A program made the position numbers and the translations under genes. A model generated the notes under the pieces. That model saw only the letters and a program-made list of their open reading frames with translations, was not told where the DNA came from and did no database searches. This document shows positions 31,167-42,203 of a DNA stretch of 64,000 nucleotides, piece by piece (position 1 is the stretch's first letter; every line of letters begins with the position of its first letter). The DNA is from Candidatus Latescibacterota bacterium (GTDB lineage: Bacteria > Latescibacterota > UBA2968 > SICM01), in assembly GCA_965217865.1 (NCBI GenBank), contig CBDCJO010000002.1, positions 3,936,001 through 4,000,000 on the forward strand, in the 5' to 3' direction.

Positions 31167-31592
31167 TCAGACCTCTTTCGGGAGCTTTGTCTTTCCGTCT
31201 TTCAACATGGACCTGACATGAGCGGTTGAGAGGCCATGTACGTTGGTCAGATCGACTCCCCGGAAGTCCGCCCCTCGCAGGTCCGCCCCCCGAAGATTGA
31301 CGTCCCGGAGTTTGGCCTTCTTGAGCCTTGCGCCCATCAGGTCAACCCCCTCAAGATTTGCCCCTCGCAGGTCCGCCCATTTGAAGTCGACGTCCTGTAA
31401 GCAGGCATTCCGGAGTTCAGCGCCCGGGAGGGAGACATTCTGGAATCTAACCCCCTGGATATTGACCTTTTTCCCATTTTTTCCCTTCGACGTAAGCCAC
31501 TCCAGATGCCTTTTCAGGATCCTCTCCAATTGTCTCTGTGCTTTCATGATATATTTTGTCCGGTGGGGAAAGGCAGGATAATTTCGGGTCAT
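31167..31592 (-). CDS. Pentapeptide repeat protein
   Basis: A(D/N)LxG repeats. Confidence 0.9.
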   Translation of the reverse strand: MTRNYPAFPHRTKYIMKAQRQLERILKRHLEWLTSKGKNGKKVNIQGVRFQNVSLPGAELRNACLQDVDFKWADLRGANLEGVDLMGARLKKAKLRDVNLRGADLRGADFRGVDLTNVHGLSTAHVRSMLKDGKTKLPKEV

Positions 31593-31610
31593 CGACTACC
31601 GTTTGTCTTA

Positions 31611-32114
31611 TCAGGAAAGGAAGATATTTCCCGACATGATATCTTCGATCTCCTGCCTGTGATCCGGTTCGCGATTCTTCAGGTCCTCTATCTGTGAATT
31701 CGTATGATTAATTTTTTGGGAGAGAATCCTGATGACATTTCGAAGCACTCTCACGCAGATTTCCCGGTGCTTGACGAATAGTTCCCTCACTGTATCCCTG
31801 CGGATCTGGAATACGATCACACCATCGGTGGTGAGGACATCCGCGGACCTTGGTTCGCCGGTGAACAAACCCATTTCACCCACGACGCCGACTGGAGATA
31901 TCCGAGCGACTTCAAACCCTCCGCTTGTGCAAACTGCGAGGTTTCCCTCGAGGAGAATGAACATTTCGGTGCTGGCTGATCCGGCCTCGCAGATGGTCAC
32001 TCCCGCGCTGAATTGCTGGAGGTTGCAGAGGTTATGGATCTGCTGAAGATTTGCAGGAGTCAATCCATCAAATAGCGGAATTTCTTTGAGTACTTCGAAA
32101 GACTGGTCCATCAT
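31611..32114 (-). CDS. Cyclic-nucleotide-binding domain protein
   Basis: MFILLEG...VGEMGLFTGEPRSADV. Confidence 0.9.
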   Translation of the reverse strand: MMDQSFEVLKEIPLFDGLTPANLQQIHNLCNLQQFSAGVTICEAGSASTEMFILLEGNLAVCTSGGFEVARISPVGVVGEMGLFTGEPRSADVLTTDGVIVFQIRRDTVRELFVKHREICVRVLRNVIRILSQKINHTNSQIEDLKNREPDHRQEIEDIMSGNIFLS

Positions 32115-32350
32115 AAACCCTCCTATACTTAAGAGAGGGCCTTACCAATAGGGAGGTTTGATTGCACGATTGTTATTTTTTCAGTCACACAAAGATTAAG
32201 ATATCTGAATTTGGAGTGCGCCGCAACGCACAATATATACGCTTTTCAACAATATATACGCTTTTCTGAACTAATCTGTCCCCGGGGGCCACATGTCGAG
32301 GGTGTTTATGAGCCTGTAGGAATCTTAAAAAGGCATTTCACCCAATCAGG

Positions 32351-33790
32351 TCACAGCCCTATACTCAAAATCAGGGCCTTTCCTGCCTCCTGAAGGTCCT
32401 TGAATGTCCCATCTCCCACGGCCGCCAGCAAAGCAGCTCCGAAAGCCGCTTCTTCGGCGTGTGTGGGGACGGCCAGCGGCATACCGAATACAACCGGCAA
32501 TATCTCCTGGAGCAGTGGGTTCTTTCTGATCCCGTTCCCCGCACCGACCAATTTGGAACGATTCCCGGCACCCAAATCTTCGATTTCAACGTACATCAGT
32601 CGGAACTGTTCTACGATGCCTTCCAGCAATGACCGGGCCATGTGCCCGGGGGTAAAGTTCGAGGGGTTTATTCCGGACCAGGTTCCGCGGCGGTGGGGCT
32701 CCGTGCGGGTTCCGGTTAACAGCGGTTCGGAACGCAGTCCATCCGATCCCGGAGGCACTGCGGCGGCCAATCGATTCATCGTATCATAGAGATCTTCGTC
32801 CTCTCGACCGCCGAACATCTCCATCCCGATTTCCCGAAAGACATTCCTGAGCCAGGCATAGGTCCGGCCTCCGACTAGGCCCCCCCCGACGAGGAGATAT
32901 CTCCCGTCCATGTACGGGCGGGTTTCCAGCCTGTGCGTCTGGATATGGTTATCCACGTAAACTGAAACCTGGCCTCCCGTGCCCACATTGATTAATAGGG
33001 TTTCCCCATATTCCCCTACGCTTCCGGCAAAACTCGCCTGGTTGTCACCGCACGCCACATAGACGGGTAAACCCTGGGGCAACCCGGTCTCCGATGCGAC
33101 AGCACGCCTCAGCCCCCCTGCGAGTGATCCTGAAGGCCTTAACTCAGGGAGCCATTCCGTGGAAAGTCCCAAGGCCTCGATCAACGGATCTTCCCACCTC
33201 TGGTTGACCACATCGAACAGTCCGGACCCGGCCGCATTGGTGGGGTCGGTCACCGGCCGGATACCGGTCAGGGTCGCGACGATAAAGTCGGGTAGGAAGC
33301 AGGTCGTGAAGGGTCCTGGGGGCAGTCCCTGGCTGGTGGCCATCCAGAAAAGGGTCGTCCCCAAATACCCCGAACGGGGCCTGCATCCCCGTTCCGAGGC
33401 ACCCAACCGATCGGCCAAGCCTTCCATTCGTTCGGCGTAGGAAATTCCGTCGCCCTCCATGGCCTCCATTCCACGCCGATCCTGCCAACCGATGAAAGGT
33501 CCAAGAGGATCTCCCTTTGCGGAGACGAGGAGCATCCCGTGCATCTGTCCGGTTACCCCGATTCCGGCCAGGGACGCCCCCGAAAAGGCGGTTTCCCGGA
33601 TGAGCCGATGGCACAGTTCGACCATCGCATCCGCATTCCATTCACTTCTCCCCCGGCCACGGTCAGTCGAAGAGGTGATTTCACATGAATTTGGAACGGT
33701 GCGGACCGTTCCGACCTCCCTGGCGTCCGTATCAAGGAGAAGGGCGGTTATCGTCGTCGTCCCGATGTCGAGGCCGAGGTATTGTGCCAA
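32351..33790 (-). CDS. FGGY-family carbohydrate kinase (sedoheptulokinase-like)
   Basis: LGLDIGTT, TGQMHG, WQDRR, GDNQA, INVGTG motifs. Confidence 0.9.
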   Translation of the reverse strand: MAQYLGLDIGTTTITALLLDTDAREVGTVRTVPNSCEITSSTDRGRGRSEWNADAMVELCHRLIRETAFSGASLAGIGVTGQMHGMLLVSAKGDPLGPFIGWQDRRGMEAMEGDGISYAERMEGLADRLGASERGCRPRSGYLGTTLFWMATSQGLPPGPFTTCFLPDFIVATLTGIRPVTDPTNAAGSGLFDVVNQRWEDPLIEALGLSTEWLPELRPSGSLAGGLRRAVASETGLPQGLPVYVACGDNQASFAGSVGEYGETLLINVGTGGQVSVYVDNHIQTHRLETRPYMDGRYLLVGGGLVGGRTYAWLRNVFREIGMEMFGGREDEDLYDTMNRLAAAVPPGSDGLRSEPLLTGTRTEPHRRGTWSGINPSNFTPGHMARSLLEGIVEQFRLMYVEIEDLGAGNRSKLVGAGNGIRKNPLLQEILPVVFGMPLAVPTHAEEAAFGAALLAAVGDGTFKDLQEAGKALILSIGL

Positions 33791-33851
33791 CCCAACAACC
33801 TCCTAAGAACTACCTTCTTCCAGTATCCGATACCAAAAAAAGGGGCATCCT

Positions 33852-34367
33852 TTACCAGGCTTCGTAGGGCAAAGTGTACCTGGCGCAAAAGGCTTCGAGC
33901 TTCAATCCGTCTTCTTTCAGTTTCAGACGATTAAAACTCTCCTCGATGAGATCGGCCTGTTTGCTCTCCTGTGTGATCCCGATAATCTGTTTTAGGGTGC
34001 GTGACCCGGTTTCTTTTTTCATCGAAGTAGAAAATACGACGAAGATCGATGGTTCTACCTTTCCGCGCGGCTGTTGTCTTGGGGGGATCGGGGGTGAACG
34101 AAACGTGGATTTAAGGGCAGGTGAGATGTAGGGTAGGGAATAACGTGAGGAGAAGGCCTTGATGATTTCATTCTTTGATTTGCGATCGGATCGATTGAAG
34201 GCTTCCTCAAATGCCTCCGCCCGCTCGGCCTCTTCGAAGACACCGATGACTTGTCTAGAGCGCTGCACCCCCGTCTCCGGATCTATACGTGCGCCCATCA
34301 CGATGTGGACGAACAATTTTCCATGTGATCTTTTAGGGGTTCGGCTACCGGAAGGTATGGATGCCAT
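33852..34367 (-). CDS. Hypothetical protein with two tandem ~65-aa domains
   Basis: ETG..QVIG..EEAFNR..AFSSRYSLPY is repeated as ETG..QIIG..EESFNR..AFCARYTLPY. Confidence 0.75.
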   Translation of the reverse strand: MASIPSGSRTPKRSHGKLFVHIVMGARIDPETGVQRSRQVIGVFEEAERAEAFEEAFNRSDRKSKNEIIKAFSSRYSLPYISPALKSTFRSPPIPPRQQPRGKVEPSIFVVFSTSMKKETGSRTLKQIIGITQESKQADLIEESFNRLKLKEDGLKLEAFCARYTLPYEAW

Positions 34368-34410
34368 TGAGGGTCTCAGGAGATGCAGTGCTTATCCCAT
34401 GGGTAAACTG

Positions 34411-35184
34411 CTACTCTCCTTTGGGATTGGCACGAAGCGTTTCAAGGTTTTTCTGAACGACCTGGACACCGAAGGCCATGGGATTGCCGATGTTCAGGAA
34501 CCGATAGCCCCAGCGGGCTTTCTCCTGGATTTCGGCCACTGTAGAGAGGGTTGTGCCGGCGGAGATCCCGGTCCCTTCGAGCCTTCTGGGCACATCGCGC
34601 ATAATCTCCTGTACCTCCGGCGACCCCGTGTTGGTAATGGTTCCGACGGAGGCCGACAGGTCGAGCGGGCCGACCAGGAGAACGTCGATGCCAGGAACAT
34701 TTTTGATTTCGTCGATATTGTCGTAGGCCTGCTGGCTTTCGATCTGAAGGACCAGTACGGTCTCTTCATTTGCAGTCCTGATCACGTGAAAAAAGTCCAA
34801 CCCCGCCACCTTGGTCCACCCCGGCGAAATCCCGCGCTGACCTTCGGGGGCATAACGTGCGTACTCGACAGCTCTGGCCGCCTCCTCGGGCGTGTTCACC
34901 TGGGGCACCATAACGGCAACGGCTCCAACATCGTAGGCCTTTTTAATTAAGGCCGGATCGTTCCACGCCACCCTGATCATAGGCGCAACGCCTTGTTGTC
35001 TGGCAAGGACGGGTATGACGTCCAGGGCCTCCGCTCCGAATGAGCCATGTTCCGTGTCGATCCAGAGAAAGTCCGGTTTGGTTTCAATGACCATCCCGGC
35101 GACGATTGGGATTGGGGCCGGCAACGAGGCTCCAAACACGATTTCCTTGTTTCTGAGTTTCTGCTTGAGGGGGTTGGGATACAT
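34411..35184 (-). CDS. HpcH/HpaI class II aldolase
   Basis: WIDTEHG, LQIES, VGPLDLS motifs. Confidence 0.92.
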   Translation of the reverse strand: MYPNPLKQKLRNKEIVFGASLPAPIPIVAGMVIETKPDFLWIDTEHGSFGAEALDVIPVLARQQGVAPMIRVAWNDPALIKKAYDVGAVAVMVPQVNTPEEAARAVEYARYAPEGQRGISPGWTKVAGLDFFHVIRTANEETVLVLQIESQQAYDNIDEIKNVPGIDVLLVGPLDLSASVGTITNTGSPEVQEIMRDVPRRLEGTGISAGTTLSTVAEIQEKARWGYRFLNIGNPMAFGVQVVQKNLETLRANPKGE

Positions 35185-35470
35185 GAAAGCTCCTTCAGGG
35201 AATAGGTGTGTTTGGATAACGTCGCTATCGAGGATCCAACACTGAATTAACCATGGCCGCCTGGCTAATATTGTCCGGATCGAATTTGATGTCAAGAAGA
35301 AACTAAAACTTTCAGGAATAGGGGGATAGAAGGAAATCAGGAGCCGGGTCCCGGGGGAAATTGCAAAGTGAAAAATGCAAAATTTAAATTTAAAGGAAGA
35401 TCAACCTGTGATCGTGGGGGCACGTGATAGGGCGGTTTTTTGGGTAATATTTAGAGGGCCAATAAAAGGA

Positions 35471-35497
35471 CTAAATGTTTTTAAAATCTGCCGATAC
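35471..35497 (+). promoter_or_regulatory. Putative sigma28 (FliA) promoter
   Basis: CTAAA-N14-GCCGATAC upstream of the SprA-related gene. Confidence 0.55.
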
Positions 35498-35545
35498 AAA
35501 GGAATAGAGATAAGATGACGCATCCCAAGGGTAGGGGTACCCTCC

Positions 35546-36427
35546 GTGAATATAGGCCTTCCACTAGAAAATTCCGGTATCATCCATTCCCCGAACAGGG
35601 AACTCCCCCAAGATAGAAATGTCCGCCGTCGTGGGCAAGACGGTGGGGTAGACCGGCCCTCCGGGGATCGTTCTGAACCATCAGAGGATACGTTTGTTCT
35701 CTTAGGATCCCAAATGCTTCAGGGTTCGCGACAGTCCTCGGCTTCCCCAGGGACCCGTGGAACAGACGAAGAAGAGAAGGGTAGGGGGGGGACACTCGGG
35801 GCCAAAGATGATGATTCAGCCGGGACGAATCAGGCCGGAGGCGTGAAGCTGACAGAGGAAGAAGAGGCAGAGGTAGAGCAGTTGAAGGAGCGTGACCGCG
35901 AGGTCCGGGCTCACGAGCAGGCACACGTGGCGGCCGGTGGTAGGTACGTCCGGGGAGGGATTCAGTATAATTACCAGACCGGACCGGACGGCCGGCAATA
36001 CGCTGTTGGGGGGGAGGTTTCGATCGACACCTCCGAGGTCTCAGGAGACCCCGGGGCTTCGCTACGAAAGGCACAGGCGATTCGTCGTGCTGCCATGGCG
36101 CCTTCCGAACCGTCGAGCCACGACCACCAGGCGGCCGCCGCCGCAGCCCGAATGGAAGCAAAGGCCCGCAGGGAACAGGCTAAGACGCGGTCTGAGGATT
36201 TTGATTCAACGAAAACCGGTGTGGAAGTAATGGAAGATTCTACTGAAAAAGGGGATTCCCGACGGATTGATCTCCCGGTTTCGGGAAATCGAATCGAAAA
36301 AGGGGGAGTCGCGGCGGGATATGAAGCTTCGAGAAAAAGGCCTTCTTCAAGCGCCCCATCCGGGCCCTCCCGCGCTCGACTCGAGAGTCCGGTTAAGCAG
36401 GACCGTTCAATAGATCTGTATCGATGA
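35546..36427 (+). CDS. SprA-related (CJM1_0395-like) putative metalloprotease
   Basis: RDREVRAHEQAH...GPDGRQYAVGGEVSID...AAMAPSEPSSHD. Confidence 0.9.
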   Translation: MNIGLPLENSGIIHSPNRELPQDRNVRRRGQDGGVDRPSGDRSEPSEDTFVLLGSQMLQGSRQSSASPGTRGTDEEEKGRGGTLGAKDDDSAGTNQAGGVKLTEEEEAEVEQLKERDREVRAHEQAHVAAGGRYVRGGIQYNYQTGPDGRQYAVGGEVSIDTSEVSGDPGASLRKAQAIRRAAMAPSEPSSHDHQAAAAAARMEAKARREQAKTRSEDFDSTKTGVEVMEDSTEKGDSRRIDLPVSGNRIEKGGVAAGYEASRKRPSSSAPSGPSRARLESPVKQDRSIDLYR

Positions 36428-36624
36428 CGGAATTTTAGGCATCAAAAACTTCCTTCACCAATTCACGAGTTCCAAGTTGAACCTCCCCATCCCGAATTCC
36501 TCCCGTTTCGTGTTTCAATTTCCCTTCACGCTGATTTGAACTTCCACTTTGAACATACTATCCGGCATTTCCCCATAAGCGGAAATCCAAGTCCCGGTGA
36601 ATCGCGTTTGAACCCTTCAGGTTG

Positions 36625-38634
36625 TTACCCCTTACCCAGCGCTTTGGCCCCTGCGTCCAGAGTTTCAATGATAGCATCCACATCATAGACACACCCCTTC
36701 CAGGTTCCTCCGCCGACGTTCTGGAGGGCCGCCCAGAGCCGCGTGTCATCCGGCAGGTCCGGGTGGGGCGTCAGGTCTGTCCGGATAGGGCGCTTTGAGA
36801 GGATTTCCCCTCCGGCCTCCGGTCCAAAGATATCGTCCTTGTGGCCCACCAGGTCGACGCTGCCTTCGAGTCTCTCGGTGTCGATGATGATCTGGACGAT
36901 ATCCCCGTCGATCAGTTTTCCGATCGGGCCGCCGGCGAGGGCTTCGGGACCGATATGGCCGATACAGGCACCTGTTGAGAATCCGGAAAAGCGCGCATCG
37001 GTGAGGAGGGAAATCCGTTTGCCGAATTCGAGGTACTTCAGGGAAGTGGTGATCTGGGCGATCTCCTCCATTCCGGTTCCCATGGGTCCGATGCCGAGGA
37101 TGACCATGACGTCGCCCGGTTTGACTCCCTCCGAACCGGGGTTTTTAAGGGCTGCGATGGCGGCGACTTCGGATGTGAAGACCCGAACCGGCCCGGTCGT
37201 ACGGAAGATGCCGTCCGGATCGACGACCGAGGGATCGATGGCCGTAGACTTGATGACAGAGCCCTCCGGCGCGATGTTTCCGGTCGGAAAGCAGACGGTG
37301 CTCGTCAGCCCGCGCGACCTGGCGCGTTGCGGATCCATGATGACGTCCTCGGGATAAACCCCGTCCTGTTCTTTAAGCAGTGTTCGAAATCGAGAACGGC
37401 GTTCGGAAGTCTCCCACCAATCCAGATTTTCTCTCAGAGTTCGGCCGGTGACGGTGAGTGCGTCCTCTTTCATCAAGCCCAGGCGGCGAAGATGGCACAT
37501 CACCTCGGGTACCCCGCCTGCCAAAAAGGCTCGAACTGTGGGATGGTTGACGGGACCGTTCGGGAGGACGTCGACGAGGCGGGGCACCTGACGGTTTACT
37601 TGAATCCATTCGTCCACGGTGGGCCGGGTGAGGCCTGCCGCGTATGCGACGGCCGGGACGTGGAGGAGGAGGTTCGTAGATCCGCCGAAGGCCGCGTGGA
37701 CGATCATAGCATTGTGAATTGCGTCTTCTGTGAGGATGTCGCGTGTTTTCAACCCGGCCGAGTAGAGGCCCAGGATGGCTCGTCCGGAGCGGACCGCCAT
37801 ATCCCGCCAAACCGGTTCTCCAGAGGGGGCCAGGGCGCTATGCGGGAGGGTGAGTCCAAGGGCTTCGGCCACCACCTGGGATGTCGCTGCCGTGCCGAGG
37901 AACTGGCAGCCACCGCCAGGGGTGGCGCATGCCCGGCAACCAAGATCCATGACTTGCTCGATCGTCATTTCGCGGTGTGACAGGCGGGCCCCCACGGACT
38001 GGATCCTCCCCGCGTCTTCGCCGTTTTCGGGGGGAAGCGTGACGCCCCCGGGAACGATCAGGGTGGGAAGATCGTGCATCGCGGCCAGGGCGATCATGAT
38101 CGCGGGAAGTCCCTTGTCGCAGGTTCCGATGCCGATGACGCCATTCCGGGTGGGAAGGGATCGAATGAGCCGGCGAAGCACGGTGGCAGCATCGTTTCGG
38201 TAGGGTAGGCTGTCGAGCATCCCGACGGTCCCCTGCGTGCGTCCGTCGCAGGGATCGGAGCAGTAACCCGCGAAGGGAATCCCACCAAGTCGGTGGATCT
38301 CCCTGGCCGCCTCCTGCATGAGCAACCCCACCTCCCAATGCCCGGTGTGATAGCCGAGGGCAATCGGGCTTCCGTTGTCTCCCCGGATGCCCCCCATGGT
38401 GCTGAGGATAAGGAATTCGGGACGGCCCAGTTCTTCGGGATCCCAACCCATGCCCGCGTTCTGGCTGTAGGCGAAGATATCCCCGCTCGGGGAGTTGACC
38501 ACCATCTCTTCAGTGAGGGTGGCAAGGCGTCCCTGTGGCCCCGGGGCTTTTGTGCGGACTTCATATATTTCGGGGTTGTCCAGAACGACTTCCTCGAAGT
38601 TGACCGGCTTCAAATTCGATGGCTTTCTGTCCAT
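36625..38634 (-). CDS. YjhG/YagF-family sugar-acid (D-xylonate) dehydratase
   Basis: [42 protein letters not shown]; C-terminal [18 protein letters not shown]. Confidence 0.92.
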   Translation of the reverse strand: MDRKPSNLKPVNFEEVVLDNPEIYEVRTKAPGPQGRLATLTEEMVVNSPSGDIFAYSQNAGMGWDPEELGRPEFLILSTMGGIRGDNGSPIALGYHTGHWEVGLLMQEAAREIHRLGGIPFAGYCSDPCDGRTQGTVGMLDSLPYRNDAATVLRRLIRSLPTRNGVIGIGTCDKGLPAIMIALAAMHDLPTLIVPGGVTLPPENGEDAGRIQSVGARLSHREMTIEQVMDLGCRACATPGGGCQFLGTAATSQVVAEALGLTLPHSALAPSGEPVWRDMAVRSGRAILGLYSAGLKTRDILTEDAIHNAMIVHAAFGGSTNLLLHVPAVAYAAGLTRPTVDEWIQVNRQVPRLVDVLPNGPVNHPTVRAFLAGGVPEVMCHLRRLGLMKEDALTVTGRTLRENLDWWETSERRSRFRTLLKEQDGVYPEDVIMDPQRARSRGLTSTVCFPTGNIAPEGSVIKSTAIDPSVVDPDGIFRTTGPVRVFTSEVAAIAALKNPGSEGVKPGDVMVILGIGPMGTGMEEIAQITTSLKYLEFGKRISLLTDARFSGFSTGACIGHIGPEALAGGPIGKLIDGDIVQIIIDTERLEGSVDLVGHKDDIFGPEAGGEILSKRPIRTDLTPHPDLPDDTRLWAALQNVGGGTWKGCVYDVDAIIETLDAGAKALGKG

Positions 38635-38700
38635 GATGTCTACTCAGGTCGTGGGAATGCGTTTCGCAATAGGTTCCCGGATTCGATAAGGGAGGAAGAC

Positions 38701-39612
38701 TTAAGGGAGGATTTCTTTCGATTTAAGGAATTCTGTGAGATCGGCCATCTCCTGATCCGTCAGGGTGGAATAGGGCATTCTGCGCCAGCGACTTGCGATC
38801 CCGAACAGCTCCAGCATTCCCTGCATGCCGGCATAATAGCCGCTTGGGAGACCGAAAAGGAAGTCGATCAGGGGCACCTCATAATCGGAGATGATTTTCC
38901 GGGCGGATGCCATGTCGAGGGCTAGCACCCCTTCCCAGTAAAGGACGGCGAGATCCGGCCTGAAGGTGACGAAGCGCGACATGTAGCCGTCGCAACCGAA
39001 CGGGAGAAGGCCCAGGTGAGAGGATTTTTTGCCCCCTGCGAAAATCGCACACCTTTCGTGGCAGAGCAGACACATCTTCTCGGCGAAGGGGCCGCCGAGG
39101 TCGTCCTTTATGGCCAGGACATTTTCGGATTTACCCAGGGTCAGCTTTAGGGTCTCGAGTCCAAACGCAGCCCCGGAACCCTGAAACACGTTCGTCACCA
39201 CCATGACGGGCATCACCTTTGCGACCGTTGCAAAGTGTTCGGAGAGGGTCTGAGGGGTGCACCCCCCCGGGGTGGGAGGCGAACACATGACGATATCCGC
39301 TCCCCAGGATTTCGCGCCCTCGGCAAAGGCGACGGCTCTCGCCGTTGCATGATAACGATCCGCGGCAACGACCATTGCCCGTCCGCCTGTATGCTCGCAT
39401 GTCACCCGGGTCACCTCCGCGATCTCGTCGTCGGAAAGACAGTGATACATGGCATTTCCCGCGGTGAGAATAATCGACCTGCTGCCCCCCTCGACGCTCA
39501 CATCGATAAAGCGTCGCAGGCCTGGATAGTCGATATCCCCGTCTTCTTTGAATGGCGTCCTGATGGTCGCAAGCGGACCTGTGAGGTTGTATCGAATAGC
39601 ATCCAGATCCAA
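38701..39612 (-). CDS. DHDPS/NAL-like class I aldolase, divergent paralog 1
   Basis: TPFKEDGDIDY and AIKDD (Schiff-base Lys). Confidence 0.85.
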   Translation of the reverse strand: MDLDAIRYNLTGPLATIRTPFKEDGDIDYPGLRRFIDVSVEGGSRSIILTAGNAMYHCLSDDEIAEVTRVTCEHTGGRAMVVAADRYHATARAVAFAEGAKSWGADIVMCSPPTPGGCTPQTLSEHFATVAKVMPVMVVTNVFQGSGAAFGLETLKLTLGKSENVLAIKDDLGGPFAEKMCLLCHERCAIFAGGKKSSHLGLLPFGCDGYMSRFVTFRPDLAVLYWEGVLALDMASARKIISDYEVPLIDFLFGLPSGYYAGMQGMLELFGIASRWRRMPYSTLTDQEMADLTEFLKSKEILP

Positions 39613-39686
39613 AAGTTCGCTCCTCTCGGTTTAATACGGGGTACCCCGAAGGGTTGTTGGGGTGGTTGAAAACGGTCCTTCACTTA

Positions 39687-40613
39687 TCAGGAGGATGCCG
39701 ACAGAAGCCCTTTCGATCGCAGGAAAGCCGCGAAGGTTTCCATCTCCTGATCGTTCATGGAAACATACGGTTTTCTTCGCCAACGCCCCGAGATACCGTA
39801 GAGCTCGAGCATGGCGTGGGCCCCTGCATTCCAGCCGCCGTGCAGACCCATCAGATGATCGAAAAGGGGGGCATCGTAGTGGTCGATGACGCCGCACGCG
39901 ACCTCCAGGTCTCCAGCCTCCACCGACTCCCAGTAGCGACGTGCAAGATCAGGCTTGAAGGTGACCATCATGGACATGTAGCCGTCAACACCGAAAGGCA
40001 GCATGGCCATGTGGCCCTGTTTCTGTCCGCCTGCGAAGATGGCGCAGCGGTCGTGACAGAGCATGCACATCCGCTGGACAAAGACGCCACCGACATCGTC
40101 TTTAATGGCCAGGACGTTGTCGGACTTCTCAAGGGTTTTTTCAAGCGTTTGCAGGCCGAAAGAAGGAGGCAAACCCCCGCCGAAAATAGCGGTGACCACC
40201 ATGACCGGCATCACTTGAGCCACAGCAGAGTAGTGTTCGGCCAGGGTCTCCGGCGTACAGCTCTGTGCCCAGTTAGGCGGCAAACACATGTTGATCCCGG
40301 CACCCAGATCACGGGCGAACTTCGCGAACTCGATCGCACGTCCGGTCGCATAACCGCAGTCTGCGGACACGACCATCGCACGACCTGCCGCGTGCTCGCA
40401 CGTTGTGCGGGTCACCTCGGCGATCTCATCGTCCGAGAGACAATGATAATGTGTATCACCCGACGTGAGGATGATCGACCTGCTCCCGCCTTCTATGCTT
40501 ACATCGATAAATTTCCGCAGACCGTCGTGGTCAACGCTTCCATCCCGGTTGAACGGCAGAATGACGGAAGCGATTGGGCCCGAAAAGTGGTAGCGAACGG
40601 CATCGAGATCCAC
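39687..40613 (-). CDS. DHDPS/NAL-like class I aldolase, divergent paralog 2
   Basis: Colinear with paralog 1 (SIILT.G..YHCLSDDEIAEVTR.TCEH, AIKDD). Confidence 0.85.
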   Translation of the reverse strand: MDLDAVRYHFSGPIASVILPFNRDGSVDHDGLRKFIDVSIEGGSRSIILTSGDTHYHCLSDDEIAEVTRTTCEHAAGRAMVVSADCGYATGRAIEFAKFARDLGAGINMCLPPNWAQSCTPETLAEHYSAVAQVMPVMVVTAIFGGGLPPSFGLQTLEKTLEKSDNVLAIKDDVGGVFVQRMCMLCHDRCAIFAGGQKQGHMAMLPFGVDGYMSMMVTFKPDLARRYWESVEAGDLEVACGVIDHYDAPLFDHLMGLHGGWNAGAHAMLELYGISGRWRRKPYVSMNDQEMETFAAFLRSKGLLSASS

Positions 40614-40794
40614 GTTTCGTCCTCCCAGGTTAAAGACCGTGAAGCGTAAAACAACACAGAATTTTTGATGTCATTTCCGCGCAAGACTCAAAACCGAGAT
40701 CCTTTGCCTTCGGCTCAAGATGACATTTTTAATTTGAACTTTCGTCAATGACGAAGATAAATCGATAAACCCCTTTGCTATTTCCCCCATACAC

Positions 40795-42099
40795 CTACCC
40801 ACCGGCCTGATCGAAGTGCCGGATGGTTTTTCGGAGCGCGTCAACCTGCTGACCGACTCGCTCCAGGGTCTGCATGCTGGTTTTGAACTGGCACAATCGA
40901 GGCTGGAGTTCCTCGCACACCGGGCAGTCTCCCTCCTGGTAGCTTTTGACCTTCCCTTTGTAACGCGGGTCGAAGTTGGGCGCCTGTTCGGGACGGGCAT
41001 AGAAGGCGAGGTTGCGGAATACCGGCTCGAGATGAACGGGACGCCACGCGGAGTAGAGTCCGTCGCCGCCGTTCTCGATGAAGGTTTTTCTGAAGGCGCG
41101 CCAGTCCGCGCCGAGTTTTTCCTCATCCAGCCCGCAGGTGTAAGTCCAGTAGGTGTGGGTGCAGTCCTCCGGGACGTGTGGTCTGACCAGCCACTCGCAT
41201 CCTTCGTCGATTACGGCCTGCTCATATTGAGCCCCGATATGGCACCGTGCCGCCACCAGGTAGTCCAGACGCTCGAGTTGAGCCATACCGACGGCCGCCT
41301 GCACCGATGACATGCGGAACTGGTATCCCATCACGTCATGACGCTCGAAGGCCCAGTCCTGACGGACCTCTCGCGGGATCGTCACCTCGCCCGGCCTTGC
41401 CGTAAGCGTTCGAAAGCCGGATGCCCCGCGCTTTCGGATATCTCGCGCATATTCCGGGTCATTTGTAATCACGATGCCCCCATCGCCGGCGGAGGTCATA
41501 TGCTTGGAACCCTGAAAGCTGAAGCTGGCCGCGTGGCCTATGGTCCCCACCAACTTCCCTTTGTACGTGGCCAGAAAGCACTGCGCGTTGTCCTCGATCA
41601 CGGTCAGGTGGTGTTGTTCGGCCAGGGCCATAATCGGATCTAAGTCAGGCGTAAGGCCATAAAGGCTGACGGGGATGATGGCCTTGGTGTGTTCGGTTAT
41701 CTTTCGTTCGATGTCCGCGGGGTCGATGTTGTAGGTCCGCGGGTCGATATCCGCGAACACAGGAACCGCTCCGCACTGCACAACGACAAACGCTGTGGAG
41801 ATAGCCGTCAGGGGCGGAACGATCACCTCGTCGCCGGGACCGACTCCGGCCGCCAGAAGGCAGGACTGCATGGTCCCGGTGCCGGAGTTGTGCAGGATGG
41901 CGTAAGCGACGCCGAATTTTTCCGCGAACGCCGATTCAAAACGTCTGAAGATGTCCGCGGGATCCCTCGCGTTGCTGAAGCCGGCATCAAGCACTTCCTG
42001 CAGGTAACGTCTATCCGTCTCGCCGGCACGACCCGGGGGGAGATGTGAGAAGATTTCCACGGGGTCCACTGTTCCAACATTGGTCAACGCCGTCGACAT
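40795..42099 (-). CDS. DegT/DnrJ/EryC1/StrS PLP aminotransferase
   Basis: GVGPGDEVIVP, IEDNAQ, SFQGSKHM motifs. Confidence 0.93.
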   Translation of the reverse strand: MSTALTNVGTVDPVEIFSHLPPGRAGETDRRYLQEVLDAGFSNARDPADIFRRFESAFAEKFGVAYAILHNSGTGTMQSCLLAAGVGPGDEVIVPPLTAISTAFVVVQCGAVPVFADIDPRTYNIDPADIERKITEHTKAIIPVSLYGLTPDLDPIMALAEQHHLTVIEDNAQCFLATYKGKLVGTIGHAASFSFQGSKHMTSAGDGGIVITNDPEYARDIRKRGASGFRTLTARPGEVTIPREVRQDWAFERHDVMGYQFRMSSVQAAVGMAQLERLDYLVAARCHIGAQYEQAVIDEGCEWLVRPHVPEDCTHTYWTYTCGLDEEKLGADWRAFRKTFIENGGDGLYSAWRPVHLEPVFRNLAFYARPEQAPNFDPRYKGKVKSYQEGDCPVCEELQPRLCQFKTSMQTLERVGQQVDALRKTIRHFDQAGG

Positions 42100-42203
42100 G
42101 TTTGGACTTCCTCGAGGGACAAATTCTCTTTCTTCCCGGAAGAATGATTGGCACCACTTCTCCGGACCGACTCTTCTGCATCTAGCCTGAGTTGTGTTCA
42201 GTT

